64,000 nucleotides of DNA from Candidatus Bathyarchaeota archaeon. Lineage in GTDB: Archaea; Thermoproteota; Bathyarchaeia; 40CM-2-53-6. The translations under genes were made by a program, and so were the position numbers. The stretch covers positions 544,001-608,000 of the forward strand of contig CAVTBR010000001.1 of assembly GCA_963733055.1 (NCBI GenBank), given 5' to 3'. Below are positions 1 to 11,079 of the stretch, in pieces (position 1 is the stretch's first letter; each line of letters opens with the position of its first letter). The notes beneath the pieces are model-generated. The model worked only from the letters and a program-made list of their open reading frames with translations. It ran no database searches and was not told the DNA's origin.

Positions 1-310
1 CGCGGGGTTGGGTCGGTATTCTTGTATACGGTTCTTGACAGTTCCTTTCACTGTTTGGTTCTTGATGTTATTGATGTAATCCCGTAAGTTAGGGTAGGGG
101 CCGATAACGTTTCGGAGAAGCGACAAGTGGTCTAACCTGATCGGAGTCTTTGGCTTAGTCTATCTGGAAGAAAAGCGGCAGCGACATACAGGCTGCATGG
201 TCTCCATTTTGGTTGTCCGGTTTCCAAGCGTTATGGGCTAGTGCTTGGCGTTATTAGATTTTCGGCGAGGGCTGACCTTAACCTTTCATTCAACATAAAC
301 TTCCGCCGCC

Positions 311-2290
311 CTATAACGCACTCGCCATCAAAGCTTTCTTGGCGGTTAGCTCAAATCTGCCATTCTCGGCGGATTTGCTCGCGGTTCCGTAGACTTCGAT
401 CTCTCTTCCGACAACCTTCGAGAATTGTTCTTTACTCAGCGGCAACTCGCACTCGTGATTCTTGACCATTTGATACTTGAATTCGGCGAGGTTCAAGATC
501 GGCAGGGCCTGCTCATCAAGATCAGAGAAGATCAGGTCCGCTACGCCTGTTCCGTCGTCTATTCGCACTCGCCCCGTTAGCACAAACTTGCCAGAACGCG
601 GTTGTTTGCAATTTCCGCACGTATACGCATTTTCAGAACCCGTCAACGGTGACCCGCACGTTTCGCATAACGCAACTAACTTAAGCGCCTGAACTACCTC
701 AAGCACCATACCCTTTACCCAAGTGCTCAACCCGGGCTCAAGTGCAATGACGTGTCGTATGTCCTCCCAGGCAGGTCTTTCCTTCACAACCTCAGGAAGG
801 ATTTCGATGCGGGAGAGGGGGATTGAACTCAACTCAAATTGTCCCGTCAATCCTGTACGAACTTTGAGGCCCTGAATTCTCACACGCAGACCAGGACGAA
901 GCTTCATCACATCTGCCGCTTGGTCTCGCCAGAAGGTAACTCTGGAGGAGCTTGTGCCGTCTCGGAGGGTGAATGAGGAAAGGTTTATCGTCTCACCCTT
1001 CTCGGTGACCACCTGTCGAGCTAATGGCTCGTCATTAACTGATCCTTCTACGATAACAAGTCCTTTCGATTGTTGAAGCGTGCTTAAACTGGTGGCAGGC
1101 CTGACTCCTACCGGTTTCTCGGATGTCTTCTGCAGTTCTCCTGACCTGCCTAGGCTTAACATAATTTCCCCCATCCTTTCGCAGACCGCGACTCCCTTAA
1201 GTTCAAGGACGTCTCCCTCCGCGAGATCGTTTACGAGCTGTGCCTTGTCGTCCCATAGGGAGAGCGAAACGATCCCGGACTCGTCCGCGACCATCAGCCT
1301 CGCCATCTTAACGCTTTCTCCGGTTTGTCTCTTAATTTCCTGAGGCACTCCCTTGGCGAGGACACGGACGTACAAGTCGGCGGATCCTGTTTGATCATTC
1401 AGGTCCGCTACTTTGAATGACTTGGCGCCGGGCATTTTGAGGTAGGCGGGCGGACTCTCGAGTAATTCAATTTGGCTTCTACTCTCAACATGCAACTCGA
1501 GCCTGGCGTTTTTGTCGAGGCGTACTCTGCCATTAAGCATCTGGACGATGTTCCCAATCTTCAGGTCTTTCAATTCCTCAGCTCTCTCATTCCACGCAAC
1601 CAGTGGGATGCTTCCAGACTCATCAGCAACTATTGTTCGAAGCACGCTTCCCGCTCTTTCTTCCTTCGCGAAAGTGTAGTACCTGGTGTCAGACTGGACG
1701 ATGCCTATTGCGTTCACCTGACTCGCCCCCGCGGTCAGCTTGCCGAGTGGGGTGAATAGGTCGCCGAATTCTGGTAAGTCGGCTTTGGGCATGTCCTCGG
1801 GGTCGATCTGTATGCTGCTTCGCTCACCAGCATGAACCTCCGTGTCCCCAGACAGCCCCTGTCGCGTGTAAGCGTGGCCAATTCTCAAAACCCTACCCTG
1901 CAGATTACCCGCCCGAGAGAGCACGTCCACGTGCCTGTCCCATATCGCGCAGCGAACCCGATCCGACTTATCTGCAATTAGAATCCGCATGACGCGACCC
2001 GGTGTCCCATCCCGTCTCTGGAATTGTTGCGGTGGCCACGTCATGAGAACACGGCCAGAGATGGTTATATCGTTCAATCCGGAGACGAGGTCTTTCACTT
2101 GCATGCGTCCGAGATCCGTCCCGCGGGTCTGTATGAGCAGCTCTTCCGCAACTAGCCTCGCAGCGCCTTCGTCTGAAAGCAGCCCTCGTCCCTCCTTCTT
2201 CTTCTCGTCGATTAAGGCGAGAATCTGTTCTTGCGAAAGCTCGTGTCGCTTGGAGAGAATGTCTCCCACTATGGTTTGCACAATGGACAA
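311..2290 (-). CDS. rpa: Replication protein A / multi-OB-fold ssDNA-binding protein with C-terminal zinc finger
   Basis: N-terminal helical DUF2240-like region (GLLSDEGAARLVA). Repeated OB folds (xxADESGxxxxxxW pattern four times). C-terminal CETC...CGNC Zn finger followed by DDGTG. Confidence 0.88.
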   Translation of the reverse strand: MSIVQTIVGDILSKRHELSQEQILALIDEKKKEGRGLLSDEGAARLVAEELLIQTRGTDLGRMQVKDLVSGLNDITISGRVLMTWPPQQFQRRDGTPGRVMRILIADKSDRVRCAIWDRHVDVLSRAGNLQGRVLRIGHAYTRQGLSGDTEVHAGERSSIQIDPEDMPKADLPEFGDLFTPLGKLTAGASQVNAIGIVQSDTRYYTFAKEERAGSVLRTIVADESGSIPLVAWNERAEELKDLKIGNIVQMLNGRVRLDKNARLELHVESRSQIELLESPPAYLKMPGAKSFKVADLNDQTGSADLYVRVLAKGVPQEIKRQTGESVKMARLMVADESGIVSLSLWDDKAQLVNDLAEGDVLELKGVAVCERMGEIMLSLGRSGELQKTSEKPVGVRPATSLSTLQQSKGLVIVEGSVNDEPLARQVVTEKGETINLSSFTLRDGTSSSRVTFWRDQAADVMKLRPGLRVRIQGLKVRTGLTGQFELSSIPLSRIEILPEVVKERPAWEDIRHVIALEPGLSTWVKGMVLEVVQALKLVALCETCGSPLTGSENAYTCGNCKQPRSGKFVLTGRVRIDDGTGVADLIFSDLDEQALPILNLAEFKYQMVKNHECELPLSKEQFSKVVGREIEVYGTASKSAENGRFELTAKKALMASAL

Positions 2291-2521
2291 TCGTTCGCTC
2301 GCCTTACTGCAATTTCGCTCCAGAAATTTGACCCGAGACTAAACCCTCTCGTCTCCCCGATCAGTGGGCATAACAATCAATGACTCACTTTTGCAATGAA
2401 CCACATTAATATCTTCACCTTCGACACTCGCAAAACAGGAAATATCCCTCGTTCTGCTTGGGCTGACTAGAGGGACCGTAACGGATTCAAGGTTCGACAG
2501 CGTAATCTTCAATGATCCATA

Positions 2522-2785
2522 ATGGAACCGTCGTACACTAAAGTGGGTCGAATCGAACACTACTATTCGAAGGCAAGCGTAGCCATCGTGGAAATCTCAT
2601 CACCGCTTAAGCAGGGAGACAAGATAGTGATTCGGGGTAGTACGACTAAGATTGAGCAAACAGTTGACTCGATGGAAGTAGAACACAAGCAGGTTCCCCT
2701 CGCTCAAGCTGGGCAGAGGGTCGGTCTCAAGGTTGCCGGGCGGGTCCGAGAGAACGACGTCGTATACAAAGTGGAGCAAGGTTAG
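2522..2785 (+). CDS. Small translation-elongation-factor-like beta-barrel protein (EF-Tu domain II / U32 C-terminal-like)
   Basis: VGRIEHYYSKASVA, LKQGDKI, QTVDSMEVEH, AQAGQRVGLKV and RVRENDVVYK match this stand-alone barrel family. Confidence 0.75.
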   Translation: MEPSYTKVGRIEHYYSKASVAIVEISSPLKQGDKIVIRGSTTKIEQTVDSMEVEHKQVPLAQAGQRVGLKVAGRVRENDVVYKVEQG

Positions 2786-2828
2786 AATAGCTCGTTATTG
2801 AGTACGCCGGGACTAAGGTGCAAGAATC

Positions 2829-3137
2829 TTGCCGGACGTTACAATCGAAGGAACCGTACTAGTAGTTACACCCATCCAATCTTCACAGGGCAGGCCTATG
2901 GTGCAGATGCAATTGGGCGACACGATCAAGGGACCGGTAACGATGCCACTGGATATGGACCGGGAAATGGCTGGAGTTACGATTGCCGTCCAGAGAGTGC
3001 TTACTCAACTGCCTGGCGTCGGCCAGCAGCTTGGGACTCCGCGCCTAATCGTTACGTTAACCGAGGAGGAATACCAAGAATTAGGCCGTCCGCGGTATCC
3101 TGATCACCTGTCGATAACGTTGAAAGTGACATCCTAA
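2829..3137 (+). CDS. Arcadin-1-like protein
   Basis: ~100 aa with C-terminal PRLIVTLTEEEYQELG and central helix VQRVLTQLPG. These resemble Pyrobaculum arcadin-1 as recalled (PRxTLWLTEEE..FG); not searched. Confidence 0.55.
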   Translation: MPDVTIEGTVLVVTPIQSSQGRPMVQMQLGDTIKGPVTMPLDMDREMAGVTIAVQRVLTQLPGVGQQLGTPRLIVTLTEEEYQELGRPRYPDHLSITLKVTS

Positions 3138-3158
3138 CCCAACGGTCTTGGATTGATT

Positions 3159-6012
3159 TTAGTCCCAGAACAATCTAGTTCTCGCGTACTCCCGTTCCGC
3201 TTTTAGTACGTCCAAGTACAGGTCGTCCTCTGTTCGGTGAACCTTTCTCAGAATTCGGGTCGCGGTTGCCGGCCCCACGCCGCGTCCGCTCAGAACTACA
3301 ATTGCCTCTCTGCCTTTTGTTTGGACTAAGCTTGCGCTGAAGCAGGCTTGTTTCCAGACATGTTCCTCCTCCGGCGTCAGCCTAGAGCTCTTTTTCTTCT
3401 TCTTAACAACCTTCAGGAGTTGATCATTCCGTTCGTAAGTGGCGGCGATGAGGGTTGATCCACACTTCGGACAACGAACCTTCTCGCCTAATTGATCGAC
3501 CACCCTTATCGCGTCCCAATCGCCATTGAATATGCAAACCAACCGAACCGTTTCCGCCAGCAGACGCTCACGAACAATCTCAGTCAACGACTTCGAAGGA
3601 ACCGCAGGCCTGAGTAAGTCATGCGGAATTATCTTGTCGACAATCGGTGTAGCGTAGGGTGAGCACGTTTCGGCTATTCCTGTAACTATGTCGATTGCAA
3701 TTTCCCGGTCAAGGATCTTCGTAACCGTCTCCTGCGTAGTTAGTAGATCGAATTTTTCGAGAAGCACCTCTCTTTGCGTTTCAGTGTTGACGGGGGAATG
3801 TTTCATCGCACGGACAAGCATCCGCGCACGGTTAGATCGGTAATCTGCCCTCCTTTCTATAACCCCAAAGCGTCTGGCCACGTGCCAGTGTCGCCACGCG
3901 AAGAGGTCTGAATTCTGGAGGGCTTCAATCAGAACTTTCTCAACATCTTCCGGGGTAAATTTCTGAAGTTCATTGGCTACGGTTTCAGGTTCAACTTTGA
4001 ATGGGCAAATGAGAGCTATGCGGTAAGGGTCGGTCTGGGTTGCAACGTTCACTCCATACTTCGCACTAAGAAGCGAGGCGAGTATCATCGCGAGAGTGTC
4101 ATTGACCATGCTGCCGAAACAGGCGTGGATGATAATGCAGTTCTCGAACTTCTCGATAATGATATGTCGATCTGACGGTAGCTGCGAATGTTTCAGTTGA
4201 GCAGTTATGGTATCCGTGATCTTGGCTAGAGCTTCTTCGCTGAGTTGGAGTTGTTGTTGGATTTTTCGTAGTTCTTCCGGTTGATCGATACTCGAAGCTA
4301 TTTGGGCTCTCAACCTGCCGACTTCTTGGGCGGTCTCGTAGCTGACGGGAATGATTTCTCCTTCCCAGCTCGGGATCAGCGTCAAGTGTGGGGGCGGTGG
4401 GTTCTACTTCGACGGAGAGTTTCTCTTCGTTTACGTTGATGATCTTCCAGGTTTGTCCGTGGATGATGAAGATCGTGCCGCCTTTACATTTCCTGGACAC
4501 GAACCCTTGGTCTAATGTGCCGATTCTTCGTTTCCTGAAGAAGTCGAATACGTCAAATCTCTTGACGTCTGGGATGACGGAGAGGTTTTCGTAGTAATAG
4601 TGGAAGGTTCTCGGGAAACGGGCTGAAACCACATCGTCGAAAAGTCTGATTATCCTGATTGAGTCGAGAAACTTCACGAAATCATGCAACTCTACCCCTG
4701 AGAAGTTTCGGTAGGGGTAAGATTTTCGAATTATCTCATAGATGTCCGCGAGTTTCGCTCGCTTCAGGTCGAGTGCGATGCCGGCTATTTGATGCGCTAA
4801 CACGTCTAAGGCGGTGTCGTGTATGGTTGTTTTCTCAATTCTCGAAGCTTTCGCGTTAGCCGCCAGCACGGCGGCTTCCAATAGGTCGTCTGCCCACGCC
4901 CCAATGATCGTTCCCTGGGCCGTGCCCCGTAAAGTATGGCCGCTCCTACCGATTCTCTGTATTAACCGCGTAGACATTCTAGGGGACATGTACTGAACGA
5001 TGTAGTCCACCCGTCCAATATCCATGCCCAGCTCCAATGACGAGGTGCATATCACGCCCTTCAGTGACCCATCGTGAAAGGCGTTCTCGACCTCTTCGCG
5101 GATTTCGCGTGAAAGCGACCCATGGTGGACGCGTACGGGTAGATCGGGTTTCAGGGCGTGCAGTTGCGACCCTACCGCCTCTGCCTGTTCGCGAGTATTC
5201 GTGAAAACTAGTGTCGAACGATTCTCTGCAATCAATTCCGCGATTCTCTTGGACCTCGCGATAGTTGTTGGTGGTAATCCGAATCGTTCGGCGTCTGTTG
5301 TGTCTGAGTGGTTGGGTGTGACGTATTGGATCCCAATCTGGACTTGGCGTAGTTCGCGTGATTTGGCGACCGTCACGGTTCGGTCTGCCCCTACGAGAAA
5401 TTGGCCGACCTTTTCCTCCTCACCCACCGTTGCGGAGAGGCCTATTCTCTGAAAACTATGGCCAGCTAAGTGTTGCAATCGTTCCAATGCTATGGCTAGT
5501 TGGATGCCTCGTTTGTCGGTGGCGAGTTCATGGATCTCGTCAACCACAACCCACATCACACCCTTGAGATGCTCGCGCATCCTCTTGCCAGGGAGGATGG
5601 CTTGCAAGGTCTCTGGGGTTGTGACTAACATCTCGGGTGGTGCTCGTGCTTGCGCGGTGCGAGCACTTTGGGTGGTATCTCCATGCCTAACCTGCACCTT
5701 GATGTCCAACTCTCGCCCAATATCCGTAAGCCTACGGACAATGTCCCGGTTTAATGCTCTCAACGGGGTGACGTAGAGGATCGAGATACCTTTCGTCTCC
5801 CCCGCGGATCGGCGTTCAATGAACATGTTGAAGATCGGGAGGACGGAGGCGAGAGTTTTCCCGGTGCCCGTGGGTGCGATGACGAGAACGTTTCGCCCCT
5901 CAAGTATAGGTGGAATGGCGATTTGTTGTATGTCGCTCGGCTCTTCTAACCCAACACTCTCTAGATGAACACGGATGGGCCTATGCAATTGCGCGAATGC
6001 GTTCTCCATCAA
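3159..6012 (-). CDS. lhr: Lhr-family ATP-dependent DEAD/DEAH helicase (one extra base near 4377 splits it into two ORFs)
   Basis: APTGTGKT, DEIHE, SAT, HHGSLS, TSSLELGMD, QRIGRSGH. The downstream frame resumes with IPSWEGE and carries a C-terminal CPKC zinc ribbon. Confidence 0.9.
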
Positions 6013-6253
6013 CTAAATCCACCCCTACACCATGCAGGCTCCAAGCCTGCCACGCTTATCGTCCGTCGAAAAAATGTCTATCCTCAATCGCTTATGCGGA
6101 AGGCTTCTCGTAGGCTAGATAGACGAAGATTACAATTACGGCTACGAATGCTAGGAAGGTTATGCCGATCTGGAGAAGTCCCCAGAACTCATCAGTTGTC
6201 AAGATTCCGACGCACGCCTGTGGCTACACAGCGAATTCCCATTTAAAAACACG

Positions 6254-6685
6254 TCAGTCGGATTTGCGGTCTGCATCCTTCGCGCGCCATCGAGCTGTGA
6301 CGCTTGAATATTGTGAATCGTTCTTTTGGATCTTCTCGAACTTACCTAGGGCCTCTGCGATGTGCTGTGCGATTATATGATAGCATAAACCGCGTTTCCT
6401 ATCCATGACTCGGAAGTAATAGTCGTCACAGTAGCAGAAGGGTATGTCGGGCATGACCTGATACTCGCTCTTCCTCCCCTGAACAACCCACACCGTCCTT
6501 CCGCTTGGAGTAAACTCGTATCGTCCCACTTTCTTCGAATTCGCCAGTTCCCAACCGTTCGTGAACCGCTCTCCAAAGAGTTTCTTCAGAGCCTCATTCA
6601 GCTGGGGTGAAAGTTCCTTGCGCGACTCAAGTTCCTTGTAAGCCTCCTCCATCAGGTCCTTCTCTTGCTGGAAAGCGGTTGGCAT
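6254..6685 (-). CDS. SWIM zinc-finger protein
   Basis: CYCDDYYFRVMDRKRGLCYH (CxC-xn-CxH). Probable start is MPTAFQQ at 6685. Confidence 0.75.
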   Translation of the reverse strand: MPTAFQQEKDLMEEAYKELESRKELSPQLNEALKKLFGERFTNGWELANSKKVGRYEFTPSGRTVWVVQGRKSEYQVMPDIPFCYCDDYYFRVMDRKRGLCYHIIAQHIAEALGKFEKIQKNDSQYSSVTARWRAKDADRKSD

Positions 6686-6869
6686 TGCTATTCTAACAGG
6701 AATGAGACTCAGTCGGCTGCATTTTAGCGTCATGCTGCCTCGGGTTGGGTCTATTTATTGACGGAGTATCAGTAGACCGTTTACGTGGCCTCGGGTTGTC
6801 GGGAAACGTTTTTAAGTTGTCACGCGTCGGTCTACGCACTCGCGCTAGAAACTTCTCCTGCGCGTCGCC

Positions 6870-7553
6870 GTGCGCTCCGGAATTCTTTCGGAGGAAAGTA
6901 AACCCATGTACCAAGAACAGAAGAGCAATATGCCGAAATACGTACTGACAGGAACCACCACGATGGGCCTCGTCTGTCGTGATGGAATAGTTTTAGGAAC
7001 TGACACTCGCGCCACGCTCGGAACCTTCGTAGCCCACAAGAGAGCCAAGAAGGTCTACCAACTCGACGACCACGTAGCCATGACGATAGCCGGCGGCGTT
7101 GCGGACGCTCAAAGCGTCGTCGAGACACTACGCGCAAACGCGAAACTCTACAAGTACGAAAAAGGGTTACCGATGCCCATCAGCGCCATCGCCCGACTGG
7201 CAGCCAACCTACTCTTCTCCGCCCGGTACTATCCGTTCATTCTTCAATCAATTATTGGCGGAATGGACGACACAGGGCCGCGCATCTTCACCCTTGACCC
7301 CCTCGGAAGCGTTACCGAAGAAAAATACGTGTCAACGGGCTCAGGATCACCCATCGTTTACGGTGTACTTGAACCCGGTTACAAGGAAGGCATGTCCATC
7401 AACGAGGCCATACCCCTCGTAGTTACCGCAGTAAACTCCGCAATGAAACGTGACTCTGCGAGCGGCGACAGCTTTGACGTTGCAGTCATAACGAAAGAAG
7501 GTTACAGAGAACTAAGCGAGGACGAGAAGAAAGTGCTCGCTAAACCGAACTGA
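6870..7553 (+). CDS. psmB: Proteasome beta subunit (catalytic, propeptide G-T processing site)
   Basis: LTG|TTTMGL, DTRAT, GSGS, RDSASG. Directly upstream of aCPSF1, a conserved archaeal arrangement. Exact start is uncertain. Confidence 0.93.
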   Translation: MRSGILSEESKPMYQEQKSNMPKYVLTGTTTMGLVCRDGIVLGTDTRATLGTFVAHKRAKKVYQLDDHVAMTIAGGVADAQSVVETLRANAKLYKYEKGLPMPISAIARLAANLLFSARYYPFILQSIIGGMDDTGPRIFTLDPLGSVTEEKYVSTGSGSPIVYGVLEPGYKEGMSINEAIPLVVTAVNSAMKRDSASGDSFDVAVITKEGYRELSEDEKKVLAKPN

Positions 7554-7602
7554 ATCCAGCTAATCAGAATTCTAACTAACTAATCTTCAAGGTGCTTCGG
7601 CA

Positions 7603-10600
7603 GTGGCTAGAATAGTAGACGATACTCAGGCGAGAATACGCGAAACCATAGTCACCCACATGCCGAAAGAGGCCGAGATTACAAGAATCGAATTCGAAGG
7701 GCCACGTCTCGCAATTTACGTCAAGAATGTCGGGCTTCTCCTTGAGCAGAGCCATATCGTTACCGAAATCGTAAACCTCCTCCACAAACGGGTCGTGGTA
7801 CGCTCCGACCCCTCGATCCGACTGAAAGAGAAGGAGGCTGAACATTTGATAAAGGGAATCGTACCCTCCGAGGCTGAAATTACTGAGATAAACTTCGACC
7901 CAAGCCTCGGCGAGGTTGTTATAGAGGCCAAAAAGCCTGGGCTGGCTATAGGTAAGGATGGTTCCACACTTTCGGAAATCATCAAGAAAACGAGCTGGCG
8001 GCCTAGAGTTCTCCGTGCCCCACCCCTTCCATCAAAAATCATAGCGAGCAGCCGACACATCCTACACTCAGAAAGCGAAGAGAGAAGCAGGATCTTCCGC
8101 GATGTGGGAGAACGAATCTTCCGCCCCAGATTATCCAAAACATCATCCGTTTACTTGACAACGCTCGGAGGATTCCATGAAGTCGGCAGATCAGCAATGC
8201 TCATAGAAACGGAGGAAAGCTGCGTGCTGATGGATTGCGGCATCAGCGCAGGCGCGGACCTCCCCCAGTACGCTTATCCGCGGCTGGATTCCGACGATTT
8301 CGACATCGAAAAATTAGACGCGGTCATCCTCTCACACGCGCACCTCGACCATTGCGGGCTGATCCCGATCCTCTACAAGTACGGCTACGATGGACCCGTA
8401 TACTGCTCAGAGCCGACGGCGGTCTTGATGACCCTCCTCCAGTTGGATTACTTAGATATCTTCGGTAAGGAAGGAGGCCACCCGCCCTATGACCAGAAGG
8501 ATGTGCGTGAAGTTGTCCTACACACCATCCCCGTCAAGTACGGCGTCGTAACAGATGTGGCTCCAGACATCAAACTCACCCTCCACAACGCAGGCCACAT
8601 AATCGGAAGCTCCATCGTCCACCTACACATCGGCGAAGGCCTACACAACGTCGTTTACTCCGCTGACTGGTCGACCCCGATCACCGTTCTCGACCCAGAA
8701 GGTCAAGTCAGAATTGTCAAGATAGGCGAACTAATTGACAGACTCATGCAAGGGAGAGAACGCGACGGCCGAAGCTTTGTTGAGAGAGTTGCGAACTTGG
8801 ATGGTTGGAGAGCCTTTGCATTCGACCCCAAAACATTGCAGCCAAAAGCCGTTCCAATCACCAGTTTCCTGAGACACCCCATCTCCGAAGACCTGTTCGA
8901 AATCACAACTTCAACTGGAAGAAAGGTTTCCGTGACCGCCTCTCACAGTCTGTTTAGGGCAAAAGACGGAGAAATCTCTGCGGTTAAAGTTCGTGAATTG
9001 AAGAAAGGAGACTACCTCGTCGGCGCACGAACCTTACCAGAATTCGACACCACGCCCCCCCTTGTTGAGCTTGATGAGAGGGAATTCAGAGTACATTACA
9101 ATGACAAATCAGAACTGCGGCAATTGCTCAACACCCTACGCATACAAGTTCGCAGAAAGTTTCCGGACTTGGAAAAGGACGTAATGAGATGGCTAAACGA
9201 GCACTACGAATATGGCACTTATCGTTCACATATTGCTCGAAAATATCACATTAAGAATTCAAGAATAAGATCAATCTTCAGCGAACTAGGAATTCCCGAC
9301 GCCCCGAGGCTTAAGGCAAACCTTCCGAAGAGATTCGAAGTAACACCTTCTTTCTCTCGATTTCTTGGTTTCTTCGCCTCCGAAGGAAGCACCCAAGGCA
9401 ACACAGTTGTCATAACAAACTACGACGAAAAAGTGAGAAGCGATTGCTTGAGAACAGTCGAGCCAATATTCGACTGCAATTATTCAGATGACGGACGCGA
9501 GATTCGGTTCTTCTCGCGAAGCTTAAAGAAACTAATGCATAAACTCGAAGTCCTTGGAACCGCCTACACGAAACGGGTCTCACCACTAGTTCTGAGTGGC
9601 TCCGAGGAGAACGTTTGCGAATTTCTGAAAGGTTACTTCACTGGCGACGGATCGCTTCGAATACGGTCTAAGGGATGCTCTATTTCTGCGGCATCCAGGA
9701 ACCCGCTACTACTTCAAGACGTCGCGTTCCTACTTCTCAGATTAGACATCCCAGTGACCTTCGAACATAATCGGAGTAACGGGATGTATACAATCACAGT
9801 ATACGGCGTTGAGCTACTGGAGAGGTTCCTTGAGAAGGTTAGAATTCCGGAATGGTCACGCGCTATGGTAGCGGTGAATCCGAAGAGGTCTAAGAGCGCC
9901 TTCTACAACCGTACGCCGTTCGCAGCTCTCACGCCCTCACTCCAAGCGCGCATTTCGAAGACAGCTTACCGATCTGCGAAGAGCATGGGCAGGGATCATC
10001 TGCAGAGCCTGCTCCAGTACGGCGACGAGAACGACGAACAGGTCACCAATGCGCCGTTCATCTATGATGAGGTAAAACGCATAAGGAAAATGAAACCAAC
10101 CAGCCCCTACGTCTACGATCTGTCCGTTAATGGGTACGAGAACTTCCTTGGCGGCTCTGGTTTCCTATTCCTCCACAACACTGGAGATTTTAAGTTCGGT
10201 AGGACGATGTTGCTCGAACCGGCCACTTGCTCTTTTCCGCGTGCTGAGACTTTGATCATGGAGAGTACGTATGGTGGCCCTGATGATGTAATGTCGGACA
10301 GGGAGACGGTGGAAGGTCACCTTGCAAAGATTGTGAATGAGACTGCTGAGAGAGGCGGTAGAGTTCTAATTCCCACGCTTGCTGTGGGGCGTGCTCAGGA
10401 GATAATGCTCGTTCTCAACGCTTACATGAAGAATAAGCAGATCAAAGAGCTCCCGATATTTTTGGAAGGCATGATTTCCGAAGCCACGGCCATTCACACT
10501 GCCTACCCTGAATATCTCTCCCGCGACCTCCGGGAACAGATTTTGTACAAGGACATTAACCCGTTCCAGTCAGAATACTTCACGAATGTGGACCATCCCT

Positions 10601-11043
10601 CTGAACGTGAGAAGATCGCAACGGGTCCGCCATGCGTCATACTCGCTACTTCAGGGATGATGGAGGGCGGGCCTGCGATAGATTATTTCCGTTACATGGC
10701 AGCCGATGAGAAGAACACACTAGTTTTCGTCAGTTACCAAGTCGAAGGAACTTTGGGGAATAGGCTGAAGAATGGCGCGCGTGAAGTCTCCTTGATGGGA
10801 CGCAATGGGAAACTTGAAGCCTTGAAGATCAACCTACACGTCGATGCGGTTGAAGGTTTCTCGGGTCATTCCGACAGAAACCAGCTCTTCGCTTTCCTCA
10901 AGCGAGTGTCACCTAGGCCTTCAAGAGTAATAATGGGACATGGGGAGAGACGAAAGACCGATCTATTTGCGCATCAGGTTTCAAGAATTCTGAAGCTGAG
11001 AACGGTAGCGCCTGATCTGCAAGAGAAGTTAAGGCTGAGATAG
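7603..11043 (+). CDS. fttA: aCPSF1 / FttA beta-CASP ribonuclease (KH-KH-MBL-beta-CASP), intein-containing
   Basis: EFEGP, KH GLAIGKDG, SHAHLDH, AGHIIGS, Y|TGDFK, MESTYG, SGMMEGG, FSGHSD, HGE. The exteins total 639 aa after intein removal. Confidence 0.93.
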   Translation: MARIVDDTQARIRETIVTHMPKEAEITRIEFEGPRLAIYVKNVGLLLEQSHIVTEIVNLLHKRVVVRSDPSIRLKEKEAEHLIKGIVPSEAEITEINFDPSLGEVVIEAKKPGLAIGKDGSTLSEIIKKTSWRPRVLRAPPLPSKIIASSRHILHSESEERSRIFRDVGERIFRPRLSKTSSVYLTTLGGFHEVGRSAMLIETEESCVLMDCGISAGADLPQYAYPRLDSDDFDIEKLDAVILSHAHLDHCGLIPILYKYGYDGPVYCSEPTAVLMTLLQLDYLDIFGKEGGHPPYDQKDVREVVLHTIPVKYGVVTDVAPDIKLTLHNAGHIIGSSIVHLHIGEGLHNVVYSADWSTPITVLDPEGQVRIVKIGELIDRLMQGRERDGRSFVERVANLDGWRAFAFDPKTLQPKAVPITSFLRHPISEDLFEITTSTGRKVSVTASHSLFRAKDGEISAVKVRELKKGDYLVGARTLPEFDTTPPLVELDEREFRVHYNDKSELRQLLNTLRIQVRRKFPDLEKDVMRWLNEHYEYGTYRSHIARKYHIKNSRIRSIFSELGIPDAPRLKANLPKRFEVTPSFSRFLGFFASEGSTQGNTVVITNYDEKVRSDCLRTVEPIFDCNYSDDGREIRFFSRSLKKLMHKLEVLGTAYTKRVSPLVLSGSEENVCEFLKGYFTGDGSLRIRSKGCSISAASRNPLLLQDVAFLLLRLDIPVTFEHNRSNGMYTITVYGVELLERFLEKVRIPEWSRAMVAVNPKRSKSAFYNRTPFAALTPSLQARISKTAYRSAKSMGRDHLQSLLQYGDENDEQVTNAPFIYDEVKRIRKMKPTSPYVYDLSVNGYENFLGGSGFLFLHNTGDFKFGRTMLLEPATCSFPRAETLIMESTYGGPDDVMSDRETVEGHLAKIVNETAERGGRVLIPTLAVGRAQEIMLVLNAYMKNKQIKELPIFLEGMISEATAIHTAYPEYLSRDLREQILYKDINPFQSEYFTNVDHPSEREKIATGPPCVILATSGMMEGGPAIDYFRYMAADEKNTLVFVSYQVEGTLGNRLKNGAREVSLMGRNGKLEALKINLHVDAVEGFSGHSDRNQLFAFLKRVSPRPSRVIMGHGERRKTDLFAHQVSRILKLRTVAPDLQEKLRLR
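8659..10179 (+). mobile_element. Intein (507 aa) with LAGLIDADG homing endonuclease inside aCPSF1
   Basis: Starts with Ser (SADWSTPI). Block B VTASHSLF, LAGLIDADG motifs FLGFFASEGS and FLKGYFTGDGS, block F YVYDLSV, ends FLHN before a +1 Thr. Removal restores NVVY-TGDFK. Confidence 0.93.
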
Positions 11044-11079
11044 ACTAGGGCCGTGGCCCAGCACGGATCAGTTGGACTA

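Noticed and set aside
1-300. Minus-strand open frame with SLYVAAAFLPDRLSQK, faintly TFIIB-cyclin-like
   Set aside because: No clean start, truncated by the window edge, and similarity too short to support a call.
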